IMG/VR virus record: IMGVR_UViG_2595698395_000001
Coordinates: 8,370 to 72,369 of that record
Length of the DNA stretch: 64,000 nucleotides
Strand: one strand, 5' to 3'
Source of the DNA: a virus
Lineage: Duplodnaviria > Caudoviricetes
In this document: positions 35,580 to 46,062 of the stretch, piece after piece
How the letters are laid out: each line of letters begins with the position of its first letter
Position numbering within the stretch: the stretch's first letter is position 1
The notes under the pieces: model-generated
What the model saw: only the letters and a program-made list of their open reading frames with translations
The model's database searches: none
Told to the model about the DNA's origin: nothing
Position numbers and translations under genes: made by a program

Positions 35580-38018
35580 ATGAACACAACAGAAATAAAA
35601 TTTAGCCTTGCTTCTGGAATTACTCCGGATCCGTTAGCCTCTTATGCCGAAAAACTAGATCCTCAATACGGATTAAAATACGCCATGACTATTCAACAAG
35701 AATGGTTTAATGGAGGTATGATTACTAAAGACTGCGATTTTATGTCTAGGCACAATTGGGTTAGAGAAATGCGTCTTTACAATAGAGGTGAACAAGGAAT
35801 ACAACCATACAAGGATATTGCTGCGAGACAGAATGAAGACCTGGAATGGATGAACATGGATTGGACTATCATAAATGTTCTTAACAAGTTCAACAATGTT
35901 GTTCGCAATGGTATTTCTGATGAAAACTACAACCTAGACATTCGTTCTGCAGATAGATTTTCTTTATTACAAAGAGAAAAGAACATTTTACGCCACAAAA
36001 AAAACATGGCTAACAAGGAAATGTTTGAAAAAGCGAAAGCAATGGGACTTCCTGACCTTATGCCACAAGGATTTATACCAGAAGACGAGGAAGAAATGAC
36101 TCTTTATTCTGAAATAAAAGAACGTCCAAAGCAAGAAATAGCGGAAGAAATACTAATTAAGTTCGTTAAAAATGTAAGCGGATGGAACCATATCAAAAAA
36201 GAAACTGATAAGGATGCTGTATTGGTTGATTTACAAGTAGCAAGAGTTTACACTGACCCTAACAACGGTGTTATGGCAACTTATGTTGATCCAGAAAACT
36301 TCGTACATAGCTATACTGAAAAGAATGATTTTTCTGATACATACTATTTCGGTGTTGTAGATACTATAACTATCAACGATATACGAAGAGAAAGCGGATA
36401 TTCTGATACGGTATGTAGAGAAATTGCTAAAACTTACTCCGGTGATAATTCTCAAAGTGGAATAGCAAATTTTGATGAATGCGATATGGACCAATTACTT
36501 GATTTTAAAATTCAAGTCCTACGATTCACTTTCAAATCTGATAAAAAACAAGTATACAAAGCATACTACGATAGAAAAGGAAAACTTAAAAAAGTATCTA
36601 AAAGAGACGAGAACTATGAAGTTCCTGAAGGATCTGAAAAAAGTAAACTAGAACAAGGATTAGATACTTGGTACGAAGGAAACTATATAGTTGGAAGTGA
36701 TAAGTATGTTTACGGATATAAAGAGTCTGAGAACACTACATTCGATGATATGGATCGCGTATTACCTCCATTCATAGCACAAGCTTCTGAATTATATAAA
36801 AACAAATTAAGGTCATTCCAGAGTAATGTTATTCCTATAGCTAATCAAATGCAGTATGTTCACTTGAAAATGCAACATTTAATGTCTGAGTTAAAGCCTG
36901 ACTTGATTGAATTAGATATTGACCAACTAGCACAGTTAACTACTGACATGAAAGATGGTGATTCTAAACAAGAGAATTGGAAAATGGCTTTATCCATATT
37001 AAACGCTAAGGGTGTTGTTCTTAAGAAAAGAATACAGATGGGTGACGAAGGTATTAAAGACGGTGCTAGTGCAAGGCCAATGGGTAACCAACAAGGTTCT
37101 GCATTAACTATCCTATTAAATCTTTGGGCACACTACTACAATTTAATAAGAGAGACAACAGGAATTAACCCTGCTATGGACGGTTCTTTATCTGAGGATG
37201 CTCTTGTAGGTGTAAACCAATTAATGAAGTTAGCAGGTAACTCCGCAACAAAACACATAGCAGATGCAGCCGTTTCATTCGATAAAAGAGTATCAGAAAC
37301 TATAAGTTCTAGGCTTAAATCTATCTTCACTTTAAAGAAGGAAGCATCCCATTTAATTAAGATGTATGAGCAAGCTGTAGGTAAGCATAATGTGGATGCA
37401 TTAGAAACTTTGAAAAATAGAAGCAATTTTGAGTTCGGATTTACCGTAGAATTAGTACCTTCGAAAGAAGAACTAGCAGAACTTAGAGAAGATTTAGGAA
37501 TTGCACTAAACGAAGGGACTATAGATGTGTCTGAAAAATCTGATATTATGCGCATTGCCAGAGGTAATATGAAGCAAGCTGTAGAGTATATGAGGTTTGT
37601 AAGGACTCGTAAGATTAAAGAGCGAATGAAAGAAAATGCATACAATCAAAAATTGCAATCTCAATCTAATGCGGAAGCAGCACAGGTTAAAATGCAGGGA
37701 GATTTAGAATTATTGCAAATGAAAGCTCGAATAGAACTTCAAAAAGAAGGAAACTTATCAACATTAAGGGTAAAAGAGCATTTCCAAAAACTACAAGTTG
37801 AAGCACCTATAAGACAAGAATCTTTCCAACAAGACGTTTATATAGAGCAAATCAAAAATTTACAAACAATAAACTTAACAAAATACAAAGAAGACGCTAA
37901 ATCGGATAGAGAAATCGAGAATAGTACTCGACAAAGTAAAATGATAGACCAAAGATTAAAAGATAAAGGTCCTATCGATTTTTCTAAAAAATTCAGCCTA
38001 GAAAGTTTAATCGGTTAA
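35580..38018 (+). CDS. Portal protein
   Basis: 812 aa directly after terL; RLYNRGEQ.I..YK, LNKF.NVV.NG, IRETTGIN.A.DGS, coiled-coil C-terminus. Confidence 0.8.
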   Translation: MNTTEIKFSLASGITPDPLASYAEKLDPQYGLKYAMTIQQEWFNGGMITKDCDFMSRHNWVREMRLYNRGEQGIQPYKDIAARQNEDLEWMNMDWTIINVLNKFNNVVRNGISDENYNLDIRSADRFSLLQREKNILRHKKNMANKEMFEKAKAMGLPDLMPQGFIPEDEEEMTLYSEIKERPKQEIAEEILIKFVKNVSGWNHIKKETDKDAVLVDLQVARVYTDPNNGVMATYVDPENFVHSYTEKNDFSDTYYFGVVDTITINDIRRESGYSDTVCREIAKTYSGDNSQSGIANFDECDMDQLLDFKIQVLRFTFKSDKKQVYKAYYDRKGKLKKVSKRDENYEVPEGSEKSKLEQGLDTWYEGNYIVGSDKYVYGYKESENTTFDDMDRVLPPFIAQASELYKNKLRSFQSNVIPIANQMQYVHLKMQHLMSELKPDLIELDIDQLAQLTTDMKDGDSKQENWKMALSILNAKGVVLKKRIQMGDEGIKDGASARPMGNQQGSALTILLNLWAHYYNLIRETTGINPAMDGSLSEDALVGVNQLMKLAGNSATKHIADAAVSFDKRVSETISSRLKSIFTLKKEASHLIKMYEQAVGKHNVDALETLKNRSNFEFGFTVELVPSKEELAELREDLGIALNEGTIDVSEKSDIMRIARGNMKQAVEYMRFVRTRKIKERMKENAYNQKLQSQSNAEAAQVKMQGDLELLQMKARIELQKEGNLSTLRVKEHFQKLQVEAPIRQESFQQDVYIEQIKNLQTINLTKYKEDAKSDREIENSTRQSKMIDQRLKDKGPIDFSKKFSLESLIG

Positions 38019-38040
38019 AACAAAAACTAAACATTACATT

Positions 38041-39534
38041 ATGAAAATTCGGAAAAAGCTGTACAAGGAAGAGGCAGAACTATTAGGGTTAGATCCAAAG
38101 CCAAACATGAAAAACAGAAATCAAGCGGAGTATTACATCGAGGAAGATGATTGGGATAAAATCCTAAAAATTAGAGAAGGTGGAATTATTGACACTAAAG
38201 AAAAAGCTAAACCAAAGAAAAATAGCTTAAAACAAAAAGAACAAAGAAAAGGATTAGAGTCAAGGGGCGAAAATGTTGTTATTAATTGGAGTAATAGAAC
38301 AATTATAACTGACCTAGGGGAGTACGGGAACTATGTTTGTGGATTTGATAGACATAGTTTGATTCAAAGAAAGTATGTGTATTCACATGGTAATGAAACA
38401 GCAGCAATTGTCGCTATGGAGTTTGACTTCATACACACTAAAGCAGTTTATATCTATGCTAGAATACATGGATTTAGTAAATCTTCTCCTGGTCAAACCG
38501 ATTTAGAATTTGAATTAGGACTAGATGTTGACCTAGCGGTAGAAGAAAACATTCAGACCCTAAAAAGAAGGGTGTATAAAAAAACCCAAAAGAGGGAATG
38601 GGAGGAAACAGTAAAAGCCGCTTCTAATTGGTGGAACTTCGAGAACACATCATTGGAATCTATAAGAGCTATGATTTCTGAGTTCCAAATAGAAAAGCCA
38701 GAAAAGGTTAAGATTCAGAAAATAAGTGATTTAGATTACGCTTTTTCAGCAATAATTGGAATATCTGATGCTCACTACTTAAAACTTTGTTATGACCATT
38801 TAGGAAGAGTTGTTTACGACAGGGAAATTGCCAAGAAAAGGATAAAGGATCACATAAAGAGTTTAGCTAACGAGGTGGCTAGATATGGTAATCCTGAAAA
38901 CTTCTTTGTATTTGTTGGAAACGACAACATTCATGTAGATGGAATGCACCAATCAACTACAAAATTAACAGGTCAACACCAAGCAACTGACGGACTTTGG
39001 AGACTAGAATTTAAAAACTACCTTAAACTTCAAATAGAAATAATAAATTTCTATAAGCAATTAGCAAAAGTAGTATTAATACCAGTAAAGGGCAATCACG
39101 ACTACGAAACATCTATAGCTATACAATCATTCCTGGAAATTTACTACGAAGATGATGAAGATGTTGAAGTCGTTGTATGTCACGACGCAAGAGCTTATTA
39201 CCAATACGGTAAGGTTTGTATTGTGGCAACACATGGAGACGAATTAGGATCGGTAGCAACGCTAGAAAGAGAATCACACAAAATGATATTAGGAGAAGCA
39301 AAACTTCAAGGAATAAACATCCAAGAGGTAGAGCACTTTCTTTTAATACACGGCCATGAGCATGTAGGAAGTTATAGGGACTTAAACGGTAACGTTCAAA
39401 GAATAGGTTTACCTTCTCTAAGCGGAACAGATGATTGGTGGCATAAAGAAAAAGGCTACGTCGGGAGACAACCAGAAAGCAACACAATAATTGTGGACCC
39501 AGATAAAGGGAGAAAATCAATTTTATACGCATAA
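38041..39534 (+). CDS. Calcineurin-like metallophosphoesterase
   Basis: SDAH, GND, GNHD, HGD, GHEH motifs. Confidence 0.85.
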   Translation: MKIRKKLYKEEAELLGLDPKPNMKNRNQAEYYIEEDDWDKILKIREGGIIDTKEKAKPKKNSLKQKEQRKGLESRGENVVINWSNRTIITDLGEYGNYVCGFDRHSLIQRKYVYSHGNETAAIVAMEFDFIHTKAVYIYARIHGFSKSSPGQTDLEFELGLDVDLAVEENIQTLKRRVYKKTQKREWEETVKAASNWWNFENTSLESIRAMISEFQIEKPEKVKIQKISDLDYAFSAIIGISDAHYLKLCYDHLGRVVYDREIAKKRIKDHIKSLANEVARYGNPENFFVFVGNDNIHVDGMHQSTTKLTGQHQATDGLWRLEFKNYLKLQIEIINFYKQLAKVVLIPVKGNHDYETSIAIQSFLEIYYEDDEDVEVVVCHDARAYYQYGKVCIVATHGDELGSVATLERESHKMILGEAKLQGINIQEVEHFLLIHGHEHVGSYRDLNGNVQRIGLPSLSGTDDWWHKEKGYVGRQPESNTIIVDPDKGRKSILYA

Positions 39535-39546
39535 AAACTAGAAACT

Positions 39547-39903
39547 ATGGAAACATTTGGATTATTATTAGCATTAGCAGTCATTTCTTTTATTCAGAAC
39601 ATGGCATTTACATTCACAAGTAGATCACGTAACAGCGGTGACCCTCAATACCACAGATTTGCTTCATGGGCGAGCAATGGTGTATGGATGGTTAATCAAA
39701 TATTTTTGGTGAAAATTGTATGGGAACCGGTAATGTCAGGAGAATGGATGTACGTATTCTTGGCTTGTATCGTTTATATAATATTTACAACAGAAGGTAG
39801 CGTTTACATGATGAATCTTATGCTAGGAAAAGTAAAGGATAGTAAGTTATCGAGAATTTTTAAAGAAACAGGTAACAGAAAGGTTGGTAGTTTAGGTAAA
39901 TAA
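39547..39903 (+). CDS. Three-TM membrane protein
   Basis: Hydrophobic segments; SRSRNS motif. Confidence 0.65.
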   Translation: METFGLLLALAVISFIQNMAFTFTSRSRNSGDPQYHRFASWASNGVWMVNQIFLVKIVWEPVMSGEWMYVFLACIVYIIFTTEGSVYMMNLMLGKVKDSKLSRIFKETGNRKVGSLGK

Positions 39904-39970
39904 GCAAATCAGCTTATTTTAAATAAAATTACTTTTTTGGCTTATATAACGGATATTTATATTATCTTTG

Positions 39971-40041
39971 GTACTAGCTTTTTTAGTCCAACATACCCCC
40001 CGTAATGTTTAAAACCCTTCCTAATCTGGAAGGGTTTTTTT
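39971..40041 (+). ncRNA. Candidate ~70-nt small RNA with C6 loop
   Basis: TATCTTTG promoter at 39963-39970, hairpin AACATAC-CCCCC-GTAATGTT, terminator 40011-40041. Confidence 0.4.
40011..40041. terminator. Bidirectional intrinsic terminator
   Basis: AAAACCCTTCC-taatct-GGAAGGGTTTTTTT. Confidence 0.85.
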
Positions 40042-40467
40042 GTTTAACTTATAAGAAGCATAATCAACAGCTATTTCTATAGTACTCAATGAAACTCCTG
40101 ATAATTTTTCTTTATATGGATAATACCCTCTTTCATAAACTCTAGTACTATAATGCCATACAGGTTGAAATATAAAAAAATAAGGATTCTCAACAGAATC
40201 AAGCCAAGAGAATAACTTATTAGAATATTCATTAAATTCATTTTCACTAACTTTTAGACAATGTAACTTACCCATTATATAATGATTCTGCATTAAGTTC
40301 TTTATTAAGTAGATGGAGTTGTAATCGTTTTTTCTGTATAATTCACGTAAAATTTCATTTCTATTCTTGTTTTTTAAATAATTAAACGCCAAATCATTTC
40401 TATACACAGATAACAAATTCCAATAATCAACTCCCATTGAGTCACACTTCATCTTAACCAATTCCAT
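40021..40467 (-). CDS. Hypothetical protein (antisense moron)
   Basis: ORF track. Confidence 0.55.
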   Translation of the reverse strand: MELVKMKCDSMGVDYWNLLSVYRNDLAFNYLKNKNRNEILRELYRKNDYNSIYLIKNLMQNHYIMGKLHCLKVSENEFNEYSNKLFSWLDSVENPYFFIFQPVWHYSTRVYERGYYPYKEKLSGVSLSTIEIAVDYASYKLNKKTLPD

Positions 40468-40512
40468 TTCTGAATCAATTTCATGAACTCTTTTTTTTCT
40501 AAATTATATGAT

Positions 40513-40809
40513 CTATTCATTTAAAATATATTTTAATCTTGATTCTGTTTTAGAGTATTCTAACTTCAATTTCATTGCTCCTTCAATCAAGTCTGCTTTT
40601 TTTATTTGAATTAAAATATTAAAGGCTTTATCTAAATTACCATCTTCTAGGTCTATAAAACATCTAAACTCATCTTTAAATCTTTTAAACTTATAATCTA
40701 TTTCTTCTAATTCATATTCTTTATAATGTATTTGTCTTTTTAAGCCATTAAGCATATGTATGCATTGCTCCTTATTTAATGAATTGTAGTAAGAATCCGA
40801 GTTATCCAT
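40513..40809 (-). CDS. Hypothetical coiled-coil protein (antisense moron)
   Basis: ORF track. Confidence 0.55.
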   Translation of the reverse strand: MDNSDSYYNSLNKEQCIHMLNGLKRQIHYKEYELEEIDYKFKRFKDEFRCFIDLEDGNLDKAFNILIQIKKADLIEGAMKLKLEYSKTESRLKYILNE

Positions 40810-40916
40810 GTGTGTTTATTTATTAATTACAAGCAAATTAAGCAATAATTTACAACAAAACACATACTTAATATAAAAATATTGATATTTTATATCTACT
40901 ATAAGGAAAATTTATA

Positions 40917-40924
40917 TAACTTTG
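40917..40924 (+). promoter_or_regulatory. -7 promoter element for the scaffold/capsid operon
   Basis: TAACTTTG; the identical box recurs at 47333 and 55503. Confidence 0.65.
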
Positions 40925-40949
40925 TATTAATATAAGAAAAATTTATAGT

Positions 40950-42161
40950 ATGGAATCTATCGGGAAAAACTTTTTAAATGACTTTGATTTTACAGATGAC
41001 AACGCGGCAACCCAACCAGAGGCGGCAGTTCCTGAAGTGAAAGCTGAGGAAGAAACTACAGGAGAGGTAGTTGAAACACCAGAAGTTGTTACAGAAGAAG
41101 TAGTTGAAGAAACTACTACAGAAGTAAAAGCTGATACTGAGGTTAAAGAAAAACCAGAAGTAGAAGTTAAGAAGGAAGAAAAAGTTGTAGAAGAGGTTAA
41201 GTATATTGAATTAGACGACGATGCTATAAAAGCTTATTTTAAGGAGAAAAAAGGAAAAGACATTGAATCAATAGATGATTTGTTTAAAACTCCTGAAAAA
41301 GCAGTAGATCCATTAGAGGGATTATCTGATGAAGCTATTCAGTTCATAAACTATTCAAAGGAAACCGGTAGAGGTTTTAGTGATTTTGCAGAATTGAATA
41401 AAGACTTTACTAAAATGACTCCGCTAGAAATAGCACAGAAGAAAGCAATAGATTTTTCTGATGGTGAGTTTACATCTAGTGAAGCAATAGAGTTCATTGA
41501 AAAAGAATTGAATATCGATTTATCTGAGGATTTAGATAAGTTTGATTTAATAAAATTAAAAGGTTATGGTAAAGATTGGTTAAACAATAAAATCCAAGAC
41601 CAAAAAAAATATAAGCAACCTATTGAGAGATCAGCTTCGCAAGAAGGACCAGAAATGGTAACACTTGAAAACGGAGTTAATATCCCAAAAGAGCAATACG
41701 AAAATTTGACTCGTCAAAGAGAACAATACTTAGAAGGACTACAGAAGTCGCAGGATAATATCACGGCATCTACTTTCCAAGTTACAATTGACGAGAACGG
41801 AGAAGAAATTAAGATGGATATATCTTATGACTTTAGCCAAAAAGATAAGCATAATATGTTATCGGCAGCTTCAGACACGGATAAGTTTATTCAAGAATCA
41901 TTCTCAAAAGACGGTGTAGTAGACTACGCTAAACTTCAAAAGGCAATGTTCTTTGCTCAAGAAGAAAACATGGGAAAAGTAATCAGTTCCGCAGTGAATA
42001 AGGCTAGGGCAGAATGGATTGAAGAATCTGTGAAGAACAAAACCAATGCGAACTTTAGTACAAAATCTAAAATGCCTTCCGAACAACAGAAAGGTAGAAT
42101 TGTTCCAATACCAGGAGCATCTTCAACAAGTGCGATACCATTTTCAGTTAACGATTTTTAA
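40950..42161 (+). CDS. Putative capsid scaffolding protein
   Basis: Very acidic N-terminus, helical, directly upstream of the capsid gene. Confidence 0.65.
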   Translation: MESIGKNFLNDFDFTDDNAATQPEAAVPEVKAEEETTGEVVETPEVVTEEVVEETTTEVKADTEVKEKPEVEVKKEEKVVEEVKYIELDDDAIKAYFKEKKGKDIESIDDLFKTPEKAVDPLEGLSDEAIQFINYSKETGRGFSDFAELNKDFTKMTPLEIAQKKAIDFSDGEFTSSEAIEFIEKELNIDLSEDLDKFDLIKLKGYGKDWLNNKIQDQKKYKQPIERSASQEGPEMVTLENGVNIPKEQYENLTRQREQYLEGLQKSQDNITASTFQVTIDENGEEIKMDISYDFSQKDKHNMLSAASDTDKFIQESFSKDGVVDYAKLQKAMFFAQEENMGKVISSAVNKARAEWIEESVKNKTNANFSTKSKMPSEQQKGRIVPIPGASSTSAIPFSVNDF

Positions 42162-42170
42162 TAGACAATC

Positions 42171-43502
42171 ATGGCATTCGATTTACAAACCAATAACCTT
42201 AGCGGAATTTCCGTTATCGACAAACCTGCAGGAGCAATTGCAGATGCTTCAACATTCATTACTTTAAGCTCTTATGCTGATAAGTATGTACCAAAGTTGA
42301 AGCCAAAATTACACATGGCTAATGGTCGTGGAAAGATCACTAAGCTTATTAGCTTAATGGGTCAAGAAGAACTTTACGCAAATGATCGCGTACAATGGGC
42401 TGAGGAAGGTCAGTTAAACACTATCATTAAAGGCGTAACTTATGCGCTTGCTTCTGGATTTACTTCAACTTCAGATCACAATTTAAGAGTTGGTGATATT
42501 GTTTTGATTTCTGATGGTGAAATCAACAAGCAAGCTACAGTTACCGTTATCACTTCTTCTAAAATATTTGTTGCCACTCCGGATGACGGTGTTGCTTTTT
42601 CTTTCGCAGGTACAGTTTCTGTTATTTGTGATTTCTCTAACTCTTTTGCTAAAGGGACAGGAAACTTTGAAAAAGGTAAAAGATGGAATCCAGATGTTAA
42701 GGAGAACTTTTCTCACATTATCAAAGAAACTTATTCTATCGAAGGATCAGATATGTTTCACGATACTTGGATTGATACTCCTGATGGACCAAAATGGTAC
42801 AACCATGAAGTAGAAAACACTGGTATCTTATTTGATAACAAGGTTGAAATGACTTTCACATTATTTGAAAGAAAAGCTTCTGGTGACGCAGCAGGTATGA
42901 AAGGTTTTGTTCCTCAAATCGAACAAGGCGGTAACATTGCTAACGAGTATATCACTGATATCGAAGAGTTATCTAAGGTAGCTTTAAGAATCAAGCAACA
43001 AGGAACTGGATGTACTGAGTACACTATCTGGCATAACCACGAACAAGGAGCTTACCTAAGACAAATGATGTCAGGTTTAAATGCGCATTACGCAGCAGGA
43101 AGCAACTACGGTATGTTCAACAACAGCAAAGACATGGCTATTAAATTAGGTTTTGCTTCTGTTTACATCGATGGTATCACTTTCCACTTTACTCCTTGGG
43201 ATTTATTGGATAAACCGACATTACTTGGTAACCTTCAATTTAAAGCTTCAGGTATTGCTTGTTTAATCATTCCTTCTGGAACGACTTCAGTAATGCGTGA
43301 CGGTAACACAGTAAGCAAGCCTTACTTATCTATCCTTTACAGAAACGCTGCTCGTAAGAGAGAAGTTAAAGTATTTGGACCAGGTGGAACTCAGCACAGA
43401 ACCGATAATCAAATTACTGATTTTATGTCAGAATGTACTAACATGTTAGTTGGTGCCAATGCATATTTCGTAGTTAGAACAGGCGCAGATTACTACGCAT
43501 AA
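42171..43502 (+). CDS. Major capsid protein
   Basis: 443 aa after the scaffold, VQWAEEG.L, IIKETYSIEGSD, strong codon bias, followed by a strong terminator. Confidence 0.8.
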   Translation: MAFDLQTNNLSGISVIDKPAGAIADASTFITLSSYADKYVPKLKPKLHMANGRGKITKLISLMGQEELYANDRVQWAEEGQLNTIIKGVTYALASGFTSTSDHNLRVGDIVLISDGEINKQATVTVITSSKIFVATPDDGVAFSFAGTVSVICDFSNSFAKGTGNFEKGKRWNPDVKENFSHIIKETYSIEGSDMFHDTWIDTPDGPKWYNHEVENTGILFDNKVEMTFTLFERKASGDAAGMKGFVPQIEQGGNIANEYITDIEELSKVALRIKQQGTGCTEYTIWHNHEQGAYLRQMMSGLNAHYAAGSNYGMFNNSKDMAIKLGFASVYIDGITFHFTPWDLLDKPTLLGNLQFKASGIACLIIPSGTTSVMRDGNTVSKPYLSILYRNAARKREVKVFGPGGTQHRTDNQITDFMSECTNMLVGANAYFVVRTGADYYA

Positions 43503-43519
43503 TCAAATAGTAACATATA

Positions 43520-43549
43520 GGCAGGAGATTAATTTCTCCTGCTTTTTTT
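43520..43549 (+). terminator. Intrinsic terminator after the capsid gene
   Basis: GCAGGAGA-ttaatt-TCTCCTGC-TTTTTTT. Confidence 0.88.
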
Positions 43550-43565
43550 AATACAAAGAGGAAAA

Positions 43566-44498
43566 ATGGCAAACAAAAACATCGTAACATTCAGGTTAAC
43601 TAAAGGGAGATCTCCAGTGAGTTTTTCCATTCCAACAAAAACAATGATGTTGGAAAAAAAGAATGAATCAGGTTTAAAAACTTTAAAGAGGGTTCATTAT
43701 ATTAAAGGAGTAGATAGTATTTGGGTAGAAGACTACAAAGGAGATCAAAAACCTAACCCAATTGTATTTGAAGATGGTATTTTAGAGGTTGAAGCACATA
43801 ACAGACCTTTGCTAGAATTACTTAAGAAGCACAAGTGGTATAATAAAGAGTATGAAGTAATCGACGAAGACCTTCAATCGATTAAAGAACTAGAGCAATT
43901 TGAGTTAGAGGAAGCTGCTTTATCTCGCATCAATATTTCTGGTGAAGACGAATTAATGGCCAATGCTTTAATTTTGATTGGTGAACACGCTATTTCAATG
44001 TCGGAAGCTAAAGTTAAATTAGAACTTAAGAGAAAGGCTAAGGCAACTCCACAAGCTTTAATTGACGAAATGAATAGTAGTGATTACAAAGTTAAGTATG
44101 TGGGTGCACTTGGTATTCAAAAAGGAGTGTTGAAGATTGATCCATCAAGGACCCAGGTTCAATGGGCAGACGGTAAAACGATTATCACTGTTCCAGTAGG
44201 TCAAAGTCCTATCAAAAAATTAAGTGATTTCTTAAGCGAGAACACTGAAGCTTCGCAAATTACACTTCAAGAAATTGGAATACAAAACACTAGGATGTAC
44301 AATAAAAAGAAGGAAGCTGATTTAGGCGCAGCAGTAAACGAAGTAATTGCTTCAAAAGATGTAACTTTGTCAGACGAAGAGAAACATCAAAACGATCTTG
44401 AAGAGGCAAGACAAATGTATAAGGAACTAAATAATGGGAAAGAAGTTCCTAATGTAAAGAAAAACGATTTAGATTGGATTATGTCTAAGCTAGATTAA
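43566..44498 (+). CDS. Probable morphogenesis protein following the capsid gene
   Basis: IVFEDGILEV, LL..H.WYN; position. Confidence 0.6.
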   Translation: MANKNIVTFRLTKGRSPVSFSIPTKTMMLEKKNESGLKTLKRVHYIKGVDSIWVEDYKGDQKPNPIVFEDGILEVEAHNRPLLELLKKHKWYNKEYEVIDEDLQSIKELEQFELEEAALSRINISGEDELMANALILIGEHAISMSEAKVKLELKRKAKATPQALIDEMNSSDYKVKYVGALGIQKGVLKIDPSRTQVQWADGKTIITVPVGQSPIKKLSDFLSENTEASQITLQEIGIQNTRMYNKKKEADLGAAVNEVIASKDVTLSDEEKHQNDLEEARQMYKELNNGKEVPNVKKNDLDWIMSKLD

Positions 44499-44548
44499 CA
44501 ATAAACCGCATAGTTTTTTAGATGTGTGTTTGCTTTTTCCCGAAAGCG

Positions 44549-44579
44549 CAAAGCCCCTTAGTTGGGGCTTTGTTTTTTT
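44549..44579. terminator. Intrinsic terminator
   Basis: CAAAGCCCC-ttagtt-GGGGCTTTG-TTTTTTT. Confidence 0.85.
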
Positions 44580-44956
44580 ATACCATCCAATCATTTTCCT
44601 CTACTTTATCTCTATAGTCTGGAGACTTTACGAGTTTACACTTACCACATACTATTACCGCTAAAATCAATCCTACCCAAAATAATGTTGTTGTCATAAT
44701 CTTTAATTATTTATATCTTTTCTTTTTCGAATTTTAGTCTATATCTATGACCATCACTTATAGATGTCATTTCAATATGTGTTTTTAAATTCAAAACATT
44801 CATTGTTGAAATTAATGTCTTTGATATTGTCTCAATTAATTCGCTAAACTCTTTCTCTTGTTCTTTAGTCATAACTCATTTTTTTTAATTGTAAACTCAT
44901 ACATTTACCTTATTCGATGTAATGTAAATGTAACTATACACATTTATTAGGCACAA

Positions 44957-45160
44957 TTAAGCGAACTCCCATTCGTCAACTACACAAACCTCCAAAGAAC
45001 CACTTTCGTGTTTAATGAAGAATCCGTCTCCGTGCATTTGGTCATCCATGTATTCTGCTATTCCGATAACTTTATTATCTCTACTCACTTTGTACTCTTT
45101 TCCGTATATTAGAAAATCCTGTTTTAATCCTTCTTGTCCTTGTTTTAATATCAATTCCAT
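44957..45160 (-). CDS. Hypothetical protein
   Basis: ORF track, antisense block. Confidence 0.55.
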   Translation of the reverse strand: MELILKQGQEGLKQDFLIYGKEYKVSRDNKVIGIAEYMDDQMHGDGFFIKHESGSLEVCVVDEWEFA

Positions 45161-45334
45161 AATTAAATATTTTCTATTTGTTTTTTAAATTGTAAATTGG
45201 TGATTCTTGTTGTTGATATATATTATCTTCTTGCTCCTTTTCCATTGCTTCCAGGTAGTCATGATCAGCATTAACACTATCTTCCCAATGTTGTTCACTA
45301 TCTATGTAATTTTTCATATTCCTTTGTTTTAAAC

Positions 45335-45727
45335 CTATAAACATATTACAGCTACTCCCACACCTATTTTAGTATATCTTAATACCCTCATTGGATTTCT
45401 TTCATTAATCAAATCAAATCGGTATCTATCCATATATCCTACTGCGGTGTACAATTCTGTTCCTTGTTCGTCTATTAATACTAGTTTTGTAATTATACTT
45501 TTTCCTTCTTCCACTAATATACCATCCATTTTCCAACCTCCTGCGATCACATTTAATTTAGATTGATGCAATACACCGTTAATAACTAATATAGCTTCTG
45601 TAGGCTCTCCACACTTATCTAAGAACGCAGGAACTGTAAAAGACATGTTTAGTTCTTCGTATTGTGTTTCGCGCTTACCGCAGGATAATAGCGTTAAAAT
45701 GGTTAGTATGGTTAGTAGTGTTTTCAT
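45335..45727 (-). CDS. Lipoprotein (possible superinfection exclusion)
   Basis: MKTLLTILTILTLLS-C lipobox; start reassigned. Confidence 0.65.
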   Translation of the reverse strand: MKTLLTILTILTLLSCGKRETQYEELNMSFTVPAFLDKCGEPTEAILVINGVLHQSKLNVIAGGWKMDGILVEEGKSIITKLVLIDEQGTELYTAVGYMDRYRFDLINERNPMRVLRYTKIGVGVAVICL

Positions 45728-45871
45728 TATTTTATTTTTTATTTCCATTAGATCCAATCATCCATCCAAAAACAATAGGACCGTATCTTCCAAGTCCAAA
45801 TTCAAAGTATTCACTTAAATTCCATATACAACTAGCAAATAGTCGTTTTGGAGTTTTAATATTCCAATATA

Positions 45872-46060
45872 TCATATTAAATTATTTTCTTCCAAGTATT
45901 TTTTGAAATCTCTTTTCATGTTATCTTGTGGTATTTCTTGCCAAGTCCAATGCATCGAGTGGTTATTAATAGTGTTTCCAAAAGCTCTAGCAAATACTTT
46001 TCCGTTCTCTATCTTAATTGGTGTTCCGCTATAATTTATTGTAGTGCTTATCACATTCAT
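45872..46060 (-). CDS. Hypothetical protein
   Basis: ORF track. Confidence 0.5.
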   Translation of the reverse strand: MNVISTTINYSGTPIKIENGKVFARAFGNTINNHSMHWTWQEIPQDNMKRDFKKYLEENNLI

Positions 46061-46062
46061 GA

